From the NCBI GenBank assembly GCA_947381905.1, contig CANCXL010000009.1, positions 63-64,062 on the forward strand: 64,000 bases of DNA, in the 5' to 3' direction. The notes under the pieces were generated by a model. The model was not told the origin of the DNA. It did not search any database and saw nothing but the letters and a program-made list of their open reading frames with translations. The stretch's first letter is position 1, and every line of letters begins with the position of its first letter. Below are positions 61,701 to 64,000 of this stretch, one piece after another. The position numbers and the translations under genes are program-made. The DNA comes from an uncultured Clostridiaceae bacterium. Its GTDB lineage: Bacteria; Bacillota; Clostridia; TANB77; CAG-465.

Positions 61701-63289
61701 TTAGATGAATCTACTTTAGTTAGACTATATGTTCTTTCCTCTTCTATATTAATTTCAAAATTTGCAATTTTATATGCCTCATTTGGAACTATATTTTCTT
61801 CAACAACATATACGCCATAAGGTAGTCCTTCTACTTTACAAATCCCATCTTGACTTGATACATTTGTATAATATGTTTTACTTGCTTCTTCTGCTGTTCC
61901 TATAGCAGATTTTAATACTACTTTAAATTGAGCACCCGCAAGATTTATTTCTGCATCATAATCTGTTTGTCCTAATCTTTTAGTTATTTCAAGATTTCCC
62001 TTTATAACATTATCATAAACTGTAAGAGTTGGTTCTAAACTACTTGATGTAATTTCAACTCTATATGTTTCATTAGATAGATTATATCCTTTTGGAGGAA
62101 CTAATTCTTTTACAGTATAAACACCAAGTGGTAAATAATCTGTAACTGCTGTTGCGTCAGCTTTAATAGTTAATCTTTGAACTTCCTTACCATTTGAATC
62201 ATATACTCCATATACTGCGCCCTCAAATTTAGCGTCTCCTTGTACCTTAATTGTTGTCTCTTTATCATTTTTTACTAAATGTATTTTTCCTGGAACAATT
62301 TCTATATTAAAACTAGAACTTGCACTGTCACCTTTTGGACTTCCAGGGTAAATTAATGTTTGGATATTTTTTCCTTCATATTTTTGATCTGAGAAAAATA
62401 CAATTTCTTCTCTATTTCCTGTAGCTCCACTAGTATATTTTAAAGGAACACTTCCACTCCATACTCCTTGTGTATAACTTGATGTTACTGTAACAGTTAT
62501 CTTGTTTCCAGATTTAGTAACTTCAATACCTTCTGGTAAATCTTTAGTATCTATAGTCCATCCACTCTTAGAAAGAACTCCTTTAGTATCTGTTATAGTA
62601 ACAGACTCTCCTGGGCTTAATGTTACAGATGTTTTATCTAAAGTTGGATTTTCACTACCTTCTACCTGATGTTTTGCAACATAATCCACTATTTGATCAT
62701 AAAACTTTTTCATATTGCTATGATGTGTTGGATTCCAACCACCAGAAACAACTGTTAGTGGTGGATTATTTGTATCTATTATTTTTTGAGATGCAGCCCA
62801 ATCAATAGATCCACTTCCGCCACCTTTCCAATCATTTAGTGTCATATGCCAAATATATACTTGCATTGCACCTTGTAAAGCGCTATGTCTACTTACACTT
62901 GCTCCATCTATAGCATCAAGATACCAATCCATTGCTATACGTATGTTATTTTTAGATTTTTCTGAAATGACATTATTCCAATAGTCATAACTACTATTGC
63001 CATCATACTCATATCCATAATCTGTATAAACACCACGTTCGATACAAAATGCTTCTCTTTCTTGACCTGTTTTCTTATTTTTTAAAATAAATAATTCGAT
63101 ACCTATTGGTCTGTCTGCATCCGAAACAACGGCTCCATTTCCGCCTTTCCAAACTATAGGAGCTGCAATTTGCTGTAATCTTCCAGTAGGTGCTTTAAGC
63201 TCCCAGTCTTTAGCTGAAACGAAATTTTGGTTTAATATAACAAAACATGCTGTTAATACAAAAACTAATAAAAATTTTACTTTTTTCAT
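58712..63289 (-). CDS. Cell-wall-anchored adhesin: N-terminal thioester domain plus SpaA/Cna-B repeats (paralog)
   Basis: AFCIE, MQVYIW, IQTLI; same architecture; C-terminal APETGD + TM + basic tail. Confidence 0.85.
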   Translation of the reverse strand: MKKVKFLLVFVLTACFVILNQNFVSAKDWELKAPTGRLQQIAAPIVWKGGNGAVVSDADRPIGIELFILKNKKTGQEREAFCIERGVYTDYGYEYDGNSSYDYWNNVISEKSKNNIRIAMDWYLDAIDGASVSRHSALQGAMQVYIWHMTLNDWKGGGSGSIDWAASQKIIDTNNPPLTVVSGGWNPTHHSNMKKFYDQIVDYVAKHQVEGSENPTLDKTSVTLSPGESVTITDTKGVLSKSGWTIDTKDLPEGIEVTKSGNKITVTVTSSYTQGVWSGSVPLKYTSGATGNREEIVFFSDQKYEGKNIQTLIYPGSPKGDSASSSFNIEIVPGKIHLVKNDKETTIKVQGDAKFEGAVYGVYDSNGKEVQRLTIKADATAVTDYLPLGVYTVKELVPPKGYNLSNETYRVEITSSSLEPTLTVYDNVIKGNLEITKRLGQTDYDAEINLAGAQFKVVLKSAIGTAEEASKTYYTNVSSQDGICKVEGLPYGVYVVEENIVPNEAYKIANFEINIEEERTYSLTKVDSSKEMRISINKVLLDKTVGKTDAKVSGAYFTVYTNADATEPYIDKNGRTVVIGPTNAEGYAISGTMRTGTYYLKETTFPEGINPDAIVPGDTITYKEKVYEASYNNVNQGEDIVTVNLENLVNIPNFGKVEILKYKDSTDASDESPAKGAKLRLTLISSNGSVYYDAVINDNGYAEFVNEELRDPYYPYTIPYGKYEITELDEGGDGHKYFFVQAERIDIVNDDQEERRILADNPVPAWLKIVKKDNVSGQVVRLEGAKYKIWDLQENKFVEQMSYNDGGKISEFETNEEGYLVTPEKVEPGEYVIYETKAPAGYYLDDEWRLPQNSSDYGKVGGKKIKVDKITTGLAEDTTYPEGGVVTGQIVLETTIHNTPLTVNLELYKTAEKFTGAKTEKVTYPVSESEEKTEDLYTPMYKELPLQGVGYRIYAVADTYTPDGIKRYSKDQMVADITTDENGYAVAKKLFPGEYRIEEYKTPKGYLKDENIPNVVLENEDEYLETATVKKELTDVRQKLGLTFKKKYEEVKYSDEEELVQKSLFGVYTKETLNNYQGTATISRNSLVDLIWADSENNVTSKADLPEGTYYVKELYVTYPYNIDTNTYDYNLAYSNDATQKEVIIRGKNLVNTTNSTSITLVKIGTTTVSDLILNGNIIDTSNLDKEVSDIIEKINGKTKDEIREYFKENNVKSVSGAEYGIYTDEACTKSLKVKNNETGKYEDVTLTSDELGLITLNDIPIRTYYLKEIKAPKGYEISKDIVKVELDNVNKDAMVYDAMIEKEVVQAVITKTDIFTGELVPKCTFEIRDSEGNLLLKSITNEEGKAYIPVVLFENGKTYTYTEVEAPKIYELNKEPHEFVAEIDEEGNWVADTIKVENIRKTSTVTLTKLDMVDSKVIPNCKFVLQSLDNPDWKEEGVTDENGVYVFENVPYGKYTYTELEAPEEYLIDTEPHEITIDAEDVKIVVKDDRAPETGDIAVIAIAVIAVVCVLGIAFVIVRNKKKK

Positions 63290-63545
63290 TTTATATTCAC
63301 CTCATATCAAAGCTTTTCCTTTCATGTTAATATTATATAATATTTACTTTGATTTGAAAACCCTCGTCACTTTTAGTATTTTTTAAATATACTAGTTTAA
63401 AGTAAAATTTCATATATATTTCAAAATTATTTCATAAAAATTATATTAAATTAAAAAACATTTTGTACACTTAAAAGTAAATTTTTGGCAATACTAGAAA
63501 AAAAGAATTCCACTAAAAATAGTGAAATTCTTTTTATTTAAATTT

Positions 63546-64000
63546 TTACTTTACTTTTTTCTTTTTAAGTATTGTTGTAGTTATTCCTACTACTGATAGA
63601 ATTAGTATTGATGCCATTGCCATTACTGCAATATCTCCTGTGTTTGTTACTTCAAATACTATTCCTTCTTTTGTTTTATCATTTGCTTCAAATGTTAGTC
63701 CTGTCATATCTTCGTCTATCTCATATCCTTCTGGGGCTACCATTTCTTCAAATCTATATGTTCCATATGGTACATTCTCTATTACATATTCTCCATTTTC
63801 ATCTGTTACTGCTTCTTTTACTAAGTATATTGTTTCTCCATTTTCATTTACATAGTCTTTTCCTTCTTTATTTGTTAGTACTATTGTAAATACACATCCT
63901 TCAAGTGGCTCTCCTGTTTTACTATCTTTCTTTACTACCTTTACAAATTCTATTGTCTTTCTTTCATTTCCTACTGGTATTGTTTTTAATTGCCACTGAC
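63546..64000 (-). CDS. C-terminal part of a third Cna-B adhesin (starts beyond the window)
   Basis: Open frame to the window edge: KKDSKTGEPLEGCVF...YGTYRFEEMVAPEGY...VTNTGD + TM + KKKK. Confidence 0.85.
   Translation of the reverse strand, partial: QWQLKTIPVGNERKTIEFVKVVKKDSKTGEPLEGCVFTIVLTNKEGKDYVNENGETIYLVKEAVTDENGEYVIENVPYGTYRFEEMVAPEGYEIDEDMTGLTFEANDKTKEGIVFEVTNTGDIAVMAMASILILSVVGITTTILKKKKVK

Noticed and set aside
484-63889. Numerous 60-136 aa ORFs antisense to or nested within long genes
   Set aside because: Shadow ORFs of AT-rich coding strands; no RBS or recognisable motifs

Overview
Very AT-rich chromosomal segment of a spore-forming Clostridia-like Firmicute (lineage inferred from gene content). 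Most of it is core genome: glmS with its ribozyme, a long-form glutamine synthetase, a class A PBP, era-yqzL-recO, smpB, T-box-controlled pheST and ileS, spoIVB, and a dcw cluster (mraZ, rsmH, ftsL, spoVD-like PBP, murE, mraY, ftsW/spoVE, murG, divIB, DUF881, sbp). It also carries a dockerin-bearing peptidoglycan hydrolase with a cohesin-like membrane anchor, and a tandem array of thioester-domain Cna-B adhesins. The most unusual part is a mostly non-coding island at ~12,980-14,260 with three components. (i) Three ~80-85-nt two-hairpin sRNA units with covarying stems, each with its own promoter and terminator. (ii) A ~195-nt structured RNA behind a promoter overlapped by a LexA/SOS box; a second copy with a near-identical core sits 31 kb away between mraZ and rsmH. 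(iii) An orphan 94-aa ORF whose RBS-sequestering leader is complementary to its own 3' UTR. Two adjacent genes (Rpn family, DUF975) each carry one in-frame stop. All calls are by eye; no database searches or folding programs were run.
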